DNA of 64,000 nt from Thermococcus sp. JdFR-02 (GCA_002009975.1 MTLP01000012.1:161698-225697), one strand, 5' to 3'; positions 18,887 to 29,684 are shown, counted from the stretch's first letter. Notes: a model not told the origin generated them from the sequence alone. Made by a program: numbers and translations.

Positions 18887-20900
18887 ATGAGAAAACTTCT
18901 CATAGTTCTTACAATCTCACTATTTTTTGGAAATTTTGTAGGGGCTGTTTACATTGAACAATGGGGTTATGAGTTAGAAGGTAGTTGGGGTGCTGTTTTT
19001 AATGGAGTGAATATAGTGACAGTCAATAATTATTATATCCCATCAGGGGATACTATCAAATTCTATTTTTTAATGAAAGTGGTTTAGTACGCAAAGAACT
19101 TAGGCAAGTCTCCAAAATAGTTATATGCAATAATTCTCTGCTAGTGAACTTTTATAAGTATGTTTCACTTTTTACCTTTGAAAACGAGATTAAAGAGAAA
19201 AGGCTTGCAAGTGGTAGGTACATCCCTTACATTGGATGTGCTGATGGAAAACCCATAATTGGAACAGAGAATGGTAGAATTAAGATTTACAATAACAAGG
19301 AGAAGCTTTTGTTGGAAAAGGAATTTGGAAATGTGTTAAAGATCGCTACGAATCCGAGAGATGATATTATCACAATTGTGGAGTATCAACGGGAGAATGG
19401 GAGTTATAATTATTGTTTGACCTCGTTCTTAACTAATGGGGGTAAAATTTTTGAGAAATGCATAGATGAGAGGATTTGGAATGTAAAAGTTACCAAAGTC
19501 ACGTTGCTGTAGTTATCTGGGAGAGTTATCCCAAAGAAGAGTACTTTAAAATTGTGGTTTATTCCACTAATGGGTCATTGTTATGGGAAAGGAAGTTCAT
19601 AAATACTCACATTAGGTTTGAAGCATTGAACGATAACCTTTACTTGAGTGATTTAAAGAATGATAGGCTGTTAATATTTGATTTAACCGGAAAGTTATTG
19701 GCAAACTTAACTTTTCCAAGAATAAAGGTATCTGGTGTAAGACTTCCAAGCTTTATAATAACTGAGGACTATATCTTGATGATTAGGAACAACACTGTGG
19801 ATATATATTTTGAAAATGGGACATTCTGGAGAAGTATTAACTCAAGATTTCAAATATTTGGGGGTGATGTTCAGGGGAAATATATTTTGATTTATGGAGG
19901 TTCAAGATTAATCAAGCTTCCGCTTGAAAAACCTGAGGGATTTGTACACATTATCTCACTTATAAATTCAAGTGAGACTCTAATCGAATTTCCATATCCC
20001 GTTAGTGCAGTTAAAATGCTTGATAGAAAGCTTTTGGTTAGGACAACGGGTTATTATTATGTCAAGGAAGATTCCGCAGGTTATGGTGAGATTTATATGA
20101 GAGGTGGCTTTTTCTATCTGCTCAGAGATGTCCCAGGAGGATATTTGAACATAAACTCAAACATTAATAAAACAGAAATATTTGTTAATGGCAAGTGGAA
20201 AGGAGTTGCTCCAATAGAGCTTCCATTAATAGAGGGAAAGCATAATATAACAGCGATAGCATTTAGTTTGGTGAAATCTTCGTTAGTTGAAATTAAAGAG
20301 GGTGAAGAAAAGAACTTAGCTTTTGATTTTCCTTATGGAGAGCTTGAAATAGATTCTCAAGTCTATGGTTGGGTTAAAATAGACACCAAAGTTTTTGGAA
20401 AAGTTCCGGGGAAATTTAAACTTCCTCCTGGAGTTTACAATCTAACCCTTTACTGTTTCGGTTGTCCTAAGGAGGTTCTTTATTTAGAAAAGAACTTGAA
20501 ATATACAATTAAAATTGAAGAAAACAAGACAACAAAAATTGTGGTTAATAAGGACATTCTTAAGAAATCAATCGGGTACCTTGAAATAAAGGCAGAGAAC
20601 GTATTGATTGATGGAGAGGAGATTAAGCATATTATAAAGCTTCCCTTAGTTGTTGGAGAACATGAAGTTCTTATTAATGGGAAGAAAACAAGATTAATAA
20701 TAGAGGAAGGTAGGATAATAGTTCTAGAACCTCAAAAAGAGGAAATATCAACTAAAACATCTTCCCAGACTTTTTCTTTAACATCAACATTATCTTTAGA
20801 AGAACCACTCAGTGATAAAGCAATCATTTACGTTGAGTTAACTTTGATTATACTCCTTGGAATTTTGATAGCTAAAGAACTTATTAAAGATAGCCGATGA
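18887..20900 (+). pseudogene. PEGA-domain surface protein paralog split by two frameshifts
   Basis: Three ORFs in successive -1 frames (shifts near 19046-19071 and 19495) join into one protein paralogous to 17389-18885 (AVY.E.W.Y.L, FNESGLV, PYPV.A, DVPGGYL, YC.GCP). Confidence 0.8.
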
Positions 20901-20920
20901 TCTTTTGCTATTAAAATCTG

Positions 20921-21502
20921 TTATAAATTTGATTGCAGAGTCTTTTCTAATATTTCCTCTACTTTTTTTCTAAGTTCCTCTAGAGTCCCCTCGTTAATTA
21001 TAACAAAATCTGTCAAGTCTTTAAGCTTGCTAGTTTGATAAAGCTCCTCTTCTGCTTTATCCATTTTTAAAAAGTCTTCAAAAGAGCTGATAACTTTATC
21101 TTTACTCGCGTTTCTCTTCTTCAGGCGCTCATATCTAATCTCCGCCCTCGCATCAACATAGATAACTACTCCTCCTCTCTTCTTAATTGCTTCAATTTCT
21201 CCCTTCGAGCGAACTCCATCGATTACAACATGCTCACAATGTCTCATTTTATCTAAAGTCAATCTAATCAAGATATCCTCTCCATATGTATCTTTCAGAT
21301 ATTTTCCATAATCAATGAGCTTATCCCTTGTTGGTTCGGCTTTTTCGGGCAATTCTGGTATCCAGGAATAGGGTTCAATGTTGTGGGTTAACAAGTCTAT
21401 TAGTGGATCACTGCAAGAAATTCTACAAAACCCTTTTTCCTCCAAAAACTTAGCTATTGTGGTCTTTCCAGCCGCTATTTTTCCTATGACTCCAATTAGC
21501 AC
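20921..21502 (-). CDS. P-loop nucleotide kinase (dephospho-CoA kinase-like)
   Basis: GKIAAGKTT, VIDGVR, R..R LID, INEGTLEEL. Confidence 0.8.
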   Translation of the reverse strand: MLIGVIGKIAAGKTTIAKFLEEKGFCRISCSDPLIDLLTHNIEPYSWIPELPEKAEPTRDKLIDYGKYLKDTYGEDILIRLTLDKMRHCEHVVIDGVRSKGEIEAIKKRGGVVIYVDARAEIRYERLKKRNASKDKVISSFEDFLKMDKAEEELYQTSKLKDLTDFVIINEGTLEELRKKVEEILEKTLQSNL

Positions 21503-21514
21503 CCTATCACTCTC

Positions 21515-22348
21515 CTATTCTAAAACTTCGAATTCTCTGAGTAGCAAATGGAGATTCCTTTCCGCATAAGTTCTGCTCTCTATCGGTACCAATATTATCG
21601 AATCGTAAAGCATAGCATAGTCTTTTAAAGTTGTTAAGAATTTAAAAACGCTTGCAAAGGTGTTTTCTAGGATGAGATATTCTAGTCCATCTAGCAAAAT
21701 AACCTTTGGCAGGTTCTTGCTTTTCATGAAGTCTACCAATGTTTGCATTAAATAGGCTAAATTCGTCGGATATACTGCATCTTTGTTTTCAATTTTTGTA
21801 ATCCATAGGATAGGTGTTTCTTTAAGCTCTAATGTTTCTCTAATTATCTCTGGGGGATCTCTTGAGATTATAAGTCCAGAACGATCTTTTAATAAACTTG
21901 TAAAATACTCACAGCAAGTGTCTTTATTAGGACATAAATAAACTCCTGGATCTAGGATGACTTCAGTTTTGGTTTTTATCTCTTCTTTAACAATTGGAAC
22001 TGGCTTATATTTTTTTGCTAATCCAAACAAAAGTTTGAGCCATCCAAAGCCGATTATCGCTATTGATAAGACATATATTGCTTTAATCAGCCTTCCATCT
22101 ACCTCTGTTTTTAATAAGGTTCCATTTATGCTAAACTCTGTTACAATGTCAAAAAACCTTCCAATTAACGCAATTACAAGTCCAATAGTTGCTAAATCAT
22201 AGAATTCCCTTAAATTGGGAAACCTTTCATGGATTATGTTTCTGTATTGTATTGTTATATAGGTAATTATGAAAATAACTATGAAATTTAGGATGTCAAA
22301 GAACAATGATATTTTGTCAGGAATACTAATGATCATATCTATCCCCAT
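21515..22348 (-). CDS. Membrane protein with C-terminal DUF835 domain
   Basis: 3 N-terminal TM; ISRDPP, WITK, PTNL, LLDGLEYLILEN.F. Confidence 0.85.
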   Translation of the reverse strand: MGIDMIISIPDKISLFFDILNFIVIFIITYITIQYRNIIHERFPNLREFYDLATIGLVIALIGRFFDIVTEFSINGTLLKTEVDGRLIKAIYVLSIAIIGFGWLKLLFGLAKKYKPVPIVKEEIKTKTEVILDPGVYLCPNKDTCCEYFTSLLKDRSGLIISRDPPEIIRETLELKETPILWITKIENKDAVYPTNLAYLMQTLVDFMKSKNLPKVILLDGLEYLILENTFASVFKFLTTLKDYAMLYDSIILVPIESRTYAERNLHLLLREFEVLE

Positions 22349-22354
22349 TTAATA

Positions 22355-23191
22355 CTATTCGCTTGGATTAAATACTTTATGTTCCATTTTGCCTCTCTTC
22401 CAATTCCTATAAATCAACCTTGCGGCATCACTAGGTTCCATTAAACCATCTTTTACTTGCTTTAAAATGAATTCTAACAATGCTTCTCTATCAATTATCA
22501 TTGGTATCTGAAAGCCGAATAGATGTTTAATTTCAAAGAACCCGATGTGAAAAAATCTCATTGGATTTAAAAGTGCAACTTCATTGAAAAATTTCAAATC
22601 AAAGGGAAAATCAGCGAGCACAAGTTTAATATTCTTTTCTTTGGCAATTTTGGTTAGTTTTTCTTCGTCTGGGAAAAAGACTTCCCTTGGCTTTCCTCCT
22701 ATACTTTCATACTCCCACTTTGGAAAAGTATATTTAATTCCAACTTTCATGGATTCTAATCCAAAGTGCTCAGCAAAACCGAGTAAAGCCTTTGCATTAA
22801 AGCTTAGAAACACTAAAGCTCTTCCATTGTTTTTAAGCTTTGGCAAGTTTCTTGGTGGATACTTAAGCTCAGATCCAATGAAAGGCGTTAAAAACTCTAA
22901 AAATGTTCCTTTTATCTTCTTTAAGTTTTTCTCTAGAATTCTACGCTTTATTAACAAATCCAGCTTTGAATGGACTGTTATTAATTTTATTCCAAGTCTC
23001 TCCCTAAGTTTGCCCACTATTAATCCATTTCCAATTACTGCACTCTTATCTGGTCTGTCTTGGGCTATTATAAAAAGCCTATCACTTTTTTTGTCATAAA
23101 TAAGTTCTTCAATTGTAAAAGGTACACTTTCAAAGCCATACTCCCTTCTAATTTCCTCGATTAAAGCTGTTATCTCATCAATCGTGAACAT
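22355..23191 (-). CDS. Conserved archaeal protein with KH-like N-terminus
   Basis: DRPDKSAVIGNG..VGKLRERLG; C-terminal GLMEPSDAA. Confidence 0.6.
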   Translation of the reverse strand: MFTIDEITALIEEIRREYGFESVPFTIEELIYDKKSDRLFIIAQDRPDKSAVIGNGLIVGKLRERLGIKLITVHSKLDLLIKRRILEKNLKKIKGTFLEFLTPFIGSELKYPPRNLPKLKNNGRALVFLSFNAKALLGFAEHFGLESMKVGIKYTFPKWEYESIGGKPREVFFPDEEKLTKIAKEKNIKLVLADFPFDLKFFNEVALLNPMRFFHIGFFEIKHLFGFQIPMIIDREALLEFILKQVKDGLMEPSDAARLIYRNWKRGKMEHKVFNPSE

Positions 23192-23192
23192 A

Positions 23193-23468
23193 TTAACCTA
23201 CCTTATATTTTCCTATGCATTCGTAAATTTCCTGGGCAATTTTTAGGGCTTCACCTTTATCATCAGTATCTTTAACGATTATTTTTCCACTTGGAAAGAG
23301 GCTTATATCGTAGGTCTTTTTGACTAAAGCTAAAAATCTGGTCACTTTTTTGATTTGATAGCCTTTTTCAGCTAAACATTCGCAGAGCTCTTCCAAATCA
23401 ATGTCGTATCTTTCCTCGGGAGTTATGTTTATGGCTTTCATACTTGTGCATGGTTTTGCAATAAGCAT
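23193..23468 (-). CDS. Small protein, possible single TBP-like fold
   Basis: GGTGA RBS; KPC; ISLFPSGKIIVK...EA..IA. Confidence 0.65.
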   Translation of the reverse strand: MLIAKPCTSMKAINITPEERYDIDLEELCECLAEKGYQIKKVTRFLALVKKTYDISLFPSGKIIVKDTDDKGEALKIAQEIYECIGKYKVG

Positions 23469-23516
23469 AAGGATCACCCCTGATAAAATTAGAATGTCAA
23501 GATAAAAAGATTTGTG

Positions 23517-24164
23517 TCAAATACTTCGGCTCTTCTTTAAGATAAGCTTCATCAAAGCTCCCCGTTTTTCTAATGTGTATTCTTCAAAGTTGCTCCTCGC
23601 TGCTGCTTGGGATATCCTTCCTTTCCATTCTCCATGCTTCAACCCATGAAGTCTGAACCCAATTCCCCAAGGAAAGTAATTTAAACCAACGCCCTTCAAA
23701 AACTCCTTGAGTTCTTCTCTACCTGCATCTGTGATGAAGTCGTAAATCCACGCTTTTCCTCCTGTCTTTAGAACTCTGTACATCTCATTAAACGCTTTCA
23801 ATGGCATGCTGAAGTGATGGAGCGCACCAACACTTATTATAAGGTCAAAATACTTCTTTGGAAACTTTAGATCATAAGCGCTCATAACTTCAAATTTCAC
23901 ATTCTCAACACCAGCTTTCTCAGCATTTTTTCTTGCAAGTTTTATCATGGTTTTTGAAATGTCAACACCCCAAACCTCCAAATTGGGATTTCTCTTCGCT
24001 ATTTCAATTGGCACATAACCAGGGCCAGTGCCTACATCGAGGATCTTTCCTTCCTCTTTAACTTCTGAAAGGACATCCTTGGCTATCACTTCATCGAGAC
24101 CTTTTCTTCTCTTTGCCATAAGATTGTAGATATAAGCTCCAGGTGCTGGAATTCCTTCTATCAT
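23517..24164 (-). CDS. Class I SAM-dependent methyltransferase
   Basis: ILDVGTGPG, FDLIIS, RVLKTGG. Confidence 0.9.
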   Translation of the reverse strand: MIEGIPAPGAYIYNLMAKRRKGLDEVIAKDVLSEVKEEGKILDVGTGPGYVPIEIAKRNPNLEVWGVDISKTMIKLARKNAEKAGVENVKFEVMSAYDLKFPKKYFDLIISVGALHHFSMPLKAFNEMYRVLKTGGKAWIYDFITDAGREELKEFLKGVGLNYFPWGIGFRLHGLKHGEWKGRISQAAARSNFEEYTLEKRGALMKLILKKSRSI

Positions 24165-24207
24165 TATTAATCCCCTTAAAGACTTTAAAGGAAAGTATAT
24201 AAGATTG

Positions 24208-24228
24208 TTGTAACTAAGTGAGTTACAA
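24208..24228. promoter_or_regulatory. Palindromic operator in the methyltransferase/trmB divergent promoter
   Basis: TTGTAACT-N5-AGTTACAA perfect 8-bp inverted repeat just downstream of tatataag (24196). Confidence 0.7.
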
Positions 24229-24236
24229 AATTAAAG

Positions 24237-25049
24237 GTGAGACTAGTGGTTGATGAGGAAATTATTGAGAAGCTTAAGCTTCTTGGTCTTAGAGAGTATG
24301 AGGCAAGGATTTATGCGACTTTGGTTGTTTTGGGACCCTCAAAAGCAAGTGAAATAGCCAAGGAGAGTGAAGTTCCAAGACCGAGGGTTTATGATGTCTT
24401 AAAAGAACTTCACAAAAAAGGTTTCGTAGACATAAGCGAAGGAAATCCTACATACTTTAGAGCAGTGGAACCTGAAAAAGTAATCGCTTCATTGAGGGAT
24501 AAATACTTGAAATCCTCCGAAGAGGTCATAATTAAGTTGAAAAGCTATCAGAAGGGGCAAAGAGAAGAGTGGCTACCTGTTTGGTCTCTCCAAGGAGAGT
24601 GGAACATAAAAAGCAAAGTTGAAGATTTAGCGGACAGAGCTGAGAAAGAGTTCATAACAGCCTTTGTGGAGGGGAAGCTAGCCTTGAAATTTAAGAAAGC
24701 CTTTGAAAAGGTAAAGCATAGAGGATTAGATGTAAAGATTCTCCTTCTCGAGAAAAACAAACGCTATCTTAATGCATTAAACCGATTTGGAGAGGCGAGG
24801 TGCATACAGCTTGAAAAGATTTTAGATAGAGAATCAGAAGACTTTAGGGAAGTACTCGCAGAAGCGTTGTTCTCAAATAAGACACCCTACAATGTAAAGG
24901 GAATTTTTGTTAGAGATGGAGAGGAATCCATTTTGATCTATGAGGAAGGGGGAATCCTTAAAGGCTTGATTATAACGATTCCGTTCATTCCAATGTTCCA
25001 GAGAAAAATGATGCTTCATTTCTTTGAAAAAAGCAAAGAAAAGAACTAA
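24237..25049 (+). CDS. TrmB family transcription regulator
   Basis: LGLREYEARIY..L...ASEIA..S.VPRPRVYDVL. Confidence 0.92.
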   Translation: MRLVVDEEIIEKLKLLGLREYEARIYATLVVLGPSKASEIAKESEVPRPRVYDVLKELHKKGFVDISEGNPTYFRAVEPEKVIASLRDKYLKSSEEVIIKLKSYQKGQREEWLPVWSLQGEWNIKSKVEDLADRAEKEFITAFVEGKLALKFKKAFEKVKHRGLDVKILLLEKNKRYLNALNRFGEARCIQLEKILDRESEDFREVLAEALFSNKTPYNVKGIFVRDGEESILIYEEGGILKGLIITIPFIPMFQRKMMLHFFEKSKEKN

Positions 25050-26236
25050 CGCAAGCTTTTGACGAGCTCTTCCAAGACACCTAAGAACGTCTCAACTTCT
25101 TCAATGCTGTTGTAGACATGGAATGAAGCCCTAACTGTCCCATTGATTTTGAGCCTCTTCATGACTGGTAAAGCACAGTGATGACCGCTCCTCACCATTA
25201 TGTTATGCTCGTCCAATATAGCGGCAACATCGTGTGGATGTAAGGGGGGAACGTTAAAGCTCACAACTCCAGCATGCTTTTTAAGATTTCTTGGACCATA
25301 CCATGGAATTTCAAGCTCATCTAAGCCCTCAGTTGTCCTCTTTACAAGCTTGTGTTCTTGCTCTTCAATTTTATCAAGCCCAATCTTTTGGATGTATTTT
25401 ATTCCAGCAGCTAAGCCTATTGCACCCCCTATGTTTGGAGTTCCAGCCTCATATCTTTCAGGCGGTGCGGTTAGTTTATACTCATCTAGACTTACATCTT
25501 CAATAGTTCCTCCACCAATTAATGGTGGCTCAAAAACATCGAAGAACTCTTCATTCACGTAAAGGACGCCTATTCCAGTTGGTCCTAAGGGACCTTTGTG
25601 ACCAGAGAAAGCTAAAAAGTCAGCGTGGAGTTTTTTAACATCAACTTCCATGTGTCCAATGCTTTGAGCGGCATCTACAACAAAAATTGCTCCCTCTTCC
25701 TTTACCATCTTACCAATTTCTTCAACTTCGTGGATAACACCTAATGCATTTGAGACGTGCTGAATTGCGACAAGCTTAGCTCCTCTAATTTTCTTCTCTG
25801 CATCTGCTAAATCTAAATTGCCTTCATCATCTCCTTCAATAATCTCAAGCTTTGCACCGTATTTTTTAGCAACTCTTTGCCAAGGCAATAGGTCGGAGTG
25901 ATGCTCGTAGGGAGTTGTGACTATTTTATCACCCTTTTTGAATTCTAAGCCCAGAGCAACTAAGTTTAAGCTCTCACTTGTGTTTTTTGTAAAAACTATC
26001 TCTTCAAATTTAGCTCCAATGAAGTCGGCAACAACTTTTCTTGCATTTTCATATTCATGTGTTGCTTTTTGGGATAAGCGGTGGATTCCACGGTGAACGT
26101 TAGCCCTATATTTGAGATAATACTCATCCATAGCCTCAATTACAGGGATTGGTGTTAAGCTCGTTGCTGTGTTGTCAAAATAAATCACTTCTTGAGTTAA
26201 GGGAATATCCTTTCTAATATCATCTGGGACTCTCAT
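25046..26236 (-). CDS. sufS: Cysteine desulfurase, SufS (group II)
   Basis: YFDNTATS, HRG.H, EHHS, SGHK (PLP lysine), EAGTP, RSGHHCA. Confidence 0.92.
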   Translation of the reverse strand: MRVPDDIRKDIPLTQEVIYFDNTATSLTPIPVIEAMDEYYLKYRANVHRGIHRLSQKATHEYENARKVVADFIGAKFEEIVFTKNTSESLNLVALGLEFKKGDKIVTTPYEHHSDLLPWQRVAKKYGAKLEIIEGDDEGNLDLADAEKKIRGAKLVAIQHVSNALGVIHEVEEIGKMVKEEGAIFVVDAAQSIGHMEVDVKKLHADFLAFSGHKGPLGPTGIGVLYVNEEFFDVFEPPLIGGGTIEDVSLDEYKLTAPPERYEAGTPNIGGAIGLAAGIKYIQKIGLDKIEEQEHKLVKRTTEGLDELEIPWYGPRNLKKHAGVVSFNVPPLHPHDVAAILDEHNIMVRSGHHCALPVMKRLKINGTVRASFHVYNSIEEVETFLGVLEELVKSLR

Positions 26237-26310
26237 GCAGACCACCTATGAAAAGTTATTCAAGAGGGTATAAAGAATTTGCTATGCTACCCAAAAATGA
26301 GTAATTGGAT

Positions 26311-27486
26311 TTATTCCTTCTTTTTTGCGACTTTCTCAGCATAGAGGAATAGCATGCTTAGTAGAACAAACAAGATTAGACTTACAAAATATGGAAGAGT
26401 TGGCTTTATACTTGCCAAAAATCCAGCAGCAAAAGGTGTGAATAAGTTTATTATTTTTCTGTAGCTTGCTAATGCTGAATGGAACTCGCTCACTTTTTCA
26501 TCTGGAATTAGAGAGAAAACCCAAGAGCGATAGAAGGGGAAGGATAAGCTATCACCAAAGCGCCCTATGAAATAGGCAACTAAAACAAAGGCAAAAGGTA
26601 ATGAAAGGCTCATAATTAGGGCATAAAAAGATATCAGAAACATTCCAACGCTTATTGTCTTAAATCCTCTTTCTTTGGGAATTCTTTCACTGACATATGT
26701 TGCTAAAATCGTTGCTAGCGAAATTACACCTTCAACGAGCATGACTTCAAAGAGCGTTTTATTCAGCTTAAAGATTACATAATTTAAAAGCACAATCTCT
26801 GGAGCTAAAGCCCAGGCTAACGAAAATAGTGCCTCGATTAGAAGGAGAAGCTTGAATTCATCATTGATTTTAAAGTTAAACTCTTGTGAACTTATTCTTT
26901 CTTCCTTTCCCACTTTTGGCAAGAACTTCCATAAATAAGCAATTGTAAAGAGAGAGAAAAGCCCAAAGGCGATGAAGGCTTTTCTATAATGTTCTAAACT
27001 CGTCCAGACATAGCCAAAGAGATAGCCCAAAATTAGAAAGCCGATTAATTGACTGATTTCAGGTAAGCGAAGATGCCAAGCAAAAAGTTCCTCTCTCTTT
27101 TCTTTGGGATAGATTATTTGTTCATAGGCTTGGTAAAGGGGATAGAACATTGTTGAGATTTTCTCTAAGGTATATCCCAAGAAAAGCATTAAAGGAGCAA
27201 TTGCACCTTTTGCGAAGCCGTAGAGAATGTAGGCAATTCCATCAATTGCATCTATCAAAATCAACCCTGTTTTGAGGGGATATTCATTGAAAAAGCGCCC
27301 TATTGAATATGTCAGCGGAATTGAAATGAGATTAACAGCTGTAAAGAACGCCCCAACTTCTAAGACCGAATAACCTGAGTACATCATGTAAAGCGGGAGA
27401 AGATACCACACTATAAGCTGGGGGGCGATGATTGTATGATAGAGAATGTAGGCTTTTGCATCTCTGGGAACTTCGTTCCATTGCAT
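26311..27486 (-). CDS. MFS transporter
   Basis: About 12 TM in two halves, about 390 aa. Confidence 0.8.
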   Translation of the reverse strand: MQWNEVPRDAKAYILYHTIIAPQLIVWYLLPLYMMYSGYSVLEVGAFFTAVNLISIPLTYSIGRFFNEYPLKTGLILIDAIDGIAYILYGFAKGAIAPLMLFLGYTLEKISTMFYPLYQAYEQIIYPKEKREELFAWHLRLPEISQLIGFLILGYLFGYVWTSLEHYRKAFIAFGLFSLFTIAYLWKFLPKVGKEERISSQEFNFKINDEFKLLLLIEALFSLAWALAPEIVLLNYVIFKLNKTLFEVMLVEGVISLATILATYVSERIPKERGFKTISVGMFLISFYALIMSLSLPFAFVLVAYFIGRFGDSLSFPFYRSWVFSLIPDEKVSEFHSALASYRKIINLFTPFAAGFLASIKPTLPYFVSLILFVLLSMLFLYAEKVAKKKE

Positions 27487-27861
27487 TGAAATCACACCTT
27501 TCATGTTTGTTTAGAGTTTGATAAGCCTTAAAGTTTTAGATATTCTGCTGTATGGGATGTTTGAATTATTTAAAAGAATAACCATAAAGTCAAGGGGGCA
27601 GTACTTGTAAAAGGGGATTACATTCATTTTGTCAATATATGTTTGCTGAAAATGACATTGATCAGTTTCATGCGGCGTTATTGCTAGTCTCACTTTCTTC
27701 GAAGTTAATTTATCATATTCCCAATAAAAAAGTATGTTTGTTACGACAAAAAGTTTAATAAACATGAAAGGCAATTGTTCTCAGCTACGGTACTTACAAT
27801 TGTTAAGAACCTTTCCAAGCCGACCCAAGATGTACAATGTTCTCATTAGGGAGGTGTAGGG

Positions 27862-28818
27862 ATGACAACAGTTGAATTAAAAGATGTCGTAAAAACGTTT
27901 TCAAGTCCTAAAGGGAAGATTATTGCCGTCAACAATCTAAGTTTTCAAGCAAAAGAAGGCGAAGTTCTTGGTATTCTTGGTCCCAATGGGGCTGGAAAAA
28001 CAACAACTTTAAGGATGATTGCCACAATTTACAAGCCTGACAGAGGCACTATAAGGGTTGAGGGGATAGATGTTTTAGAGAATCCATTAGACGTTAGAAA
28101 ACGGATAGCGTATATGCCTCAGGAGCCGGATCTAATTCCATTTTTATCTGTTGAAGAGCATATAACCTATTATCTCCGTTTTAGAGGGTTTAGTAAAAAA
28201 GAAGCCGAAAAGCGTTGCGAAGAAGCCCTAAGATCATTCAATCTAGAGAAGCACAGAAGTAAAAAGCCTTTTCAACTTAGCACTGGGCTGAAAAGACGAG
28301 TACAATTGGCATCTATTCTATCTGCGGAAGTGCCTGTGATTTTTCTTGACGAACCAACGACAGGATTGGATCCGATGAGTAAGAGAAACACGTGGGAGCT
28401 AATCAAAGACAAAATTGAAGATAGCGGAGCAACTATTCTTCTTACAAGCCACGATCTTTATGAGGTAGAGTATCTTGCGGATCGAGTGATCATCATAAAT
28501 AACGGTCGGCTGATAGCTGAGGGCACGCCGAGAGATTTGAGAAAAAGATTTGGCAAGAGCGTTAAAGTTGTTTTTGAAGATCCGTTGATTTTTGATGCTT
28601 TGAGAGAGGAACTTATGGACGTTGATGGAATCAAGGGCATTTTTCAAGTAAGCGAAAATGCAGTTGAGATAAAGCTGGACTCCCTAGATCGCTCCATTAA
28701 CAACCTTGTTCGGATTCTCGCATCTAAGGAGCTAAAAATCAAGGACATCCTTACAACTGCTGCAAACTTCGAGGATGTGTACCTTGAAATAATAGGAAAT
28801 TCTGGAGGTGACATATGA
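27862..28818 (+). CDS. ABC exporter ATP-binding protein (DrrA-like)
   Basis: GPNGAGKTT, LSTG, LDEPTTGLDP, H-loop. Confidence 0.92.
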   Translation: MTTVELKDVVKTFSSPKGKIIAVNNLSFQAKEGEVLGILGPNGAGKTTTLRMIATIYKPDRGTIRVEGIDVLENPLDVRKRIAYMPQEPDLIPFLSVEEHITYYLRFRGFSKKEAEKRCEEALRSFNLEKHRSKKPFQLSTGLKRRVQLASILSAEVPVIFLDEPTTGLDPMSKRNTWELIKDKIEDSGATILLTSHDLYEVEYLADRVIIINNGRLIAEGTPRDLRKRFGKSVKVVFEDPLIFDALREELMDVDGIKGIFQVSENAVEIKLDSLDRSINNLVRILASKELKIKDILTTAANFEDVYLEIIGNSGGDI

Positions 28819-29609
28819 TGGACTTTAAATCAATGCTATCTTCGCTTAGGGTCGCCATTTCAAGGGAAGTAAAAATTGGCATGGATTTGGAATTTTTCTT
28901 AGGAACACTGTTTGAGCCTCTAATATATGTCATGCTGTTTGGCCCTTTGATGGAAAAGCTCATTGGAAACGTGAATTTTGGAGGAAAGGAGATCTCTTAC
29001 CTTGCTTTCATGTTTCCAGGAGTGCTTACGATAATAGGCATTAACCAGGGATTTCGGGGTGCTGCAACATTCATTCAGGATAAGTTCAGAGGTGGTTTGG
29101 AGACACTTTTTACGCTTCCTGTTCATCGCTCAGCTCTCTTTTTAGCCAAGATTTTGGGTTCATGTTTGAGAGCCTTAATAGCAATGTCGATAATTACACT
29201 CTTAGCGACTTTAATGGCGAAAGGGCTTTCTTTAACATTATTAGGAACTCTGAAAAGCTTTTTGGTCAATATGAGCCTTGTTGTAACCTTAGCAAGCTTC
29301 ATGATATATCTCCTTTCCAAGAGCCAAAATCCAAATCTCCCTCTTGCAATTTCCGGCATATTATTGCTACCCATGATGTTCCTTTCTACGGTGTTCTATC
29401 CTGAAAGCGTCTTCAGCGGTAGCAGATTGCTCTCACTAATAGTCGCAGTTAATCCCATGACCCATGCCGCAAGGTTAGTTAGACCTTTTGTCTACTCAAC
29501 TCCGCTATCAGTTTCAACGTTGCTGATATCCACAGCGTATCTTTCAGCTCTTGCGTTTGTAAGTTTGCTATTAGGTGCCAAGGAATTTGCACGGGCACTA
29601 GAGAGGTAA
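28815..29609 (+). CDS. ABC-2 type exporter permease
   Basis: 6 TM; YLAFMFPG, FLSTVFYP, NPMTHA. Confidence 0.9.
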   Translation: MMDFKSMLSSLRVAISREVKIGMDLEFFLGTLFEPLIYVMLFGPLMEKLIGNVNFGGKEISYLAFMFPGVLTIIGINQGFRGAATFIQDKFRGGLETLFTLPVHRSALFLAKILGSCLRALIAMSIITLLATLMAKGLSLTLLGTLKSFLVNMSLVVTLASFMIYLLSKSQNPNLPLAISGILLLPMMFLSTVFYPESVFSGSRLLSLIVAVNPMTHAARLVRPFVYSTPLSVSTLLISTAYLSALAFVSLLLGAKEFARALER

Positions 29610-29684
29610 TCTTCCCTCTTTTTATTTTTTTGTTTGCTATAAGGGTTGAACTTTATGGATGAACCTTTGAAAAATTAAAAAGCC

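Noticed and set aside
27511-27860. 87-aa minus ORF and short plus ORFs upstream of the ABC exporter as precursor peptides
   Set aside because: No convincing RBS, atypical composition and no recognisable leader/core pattern
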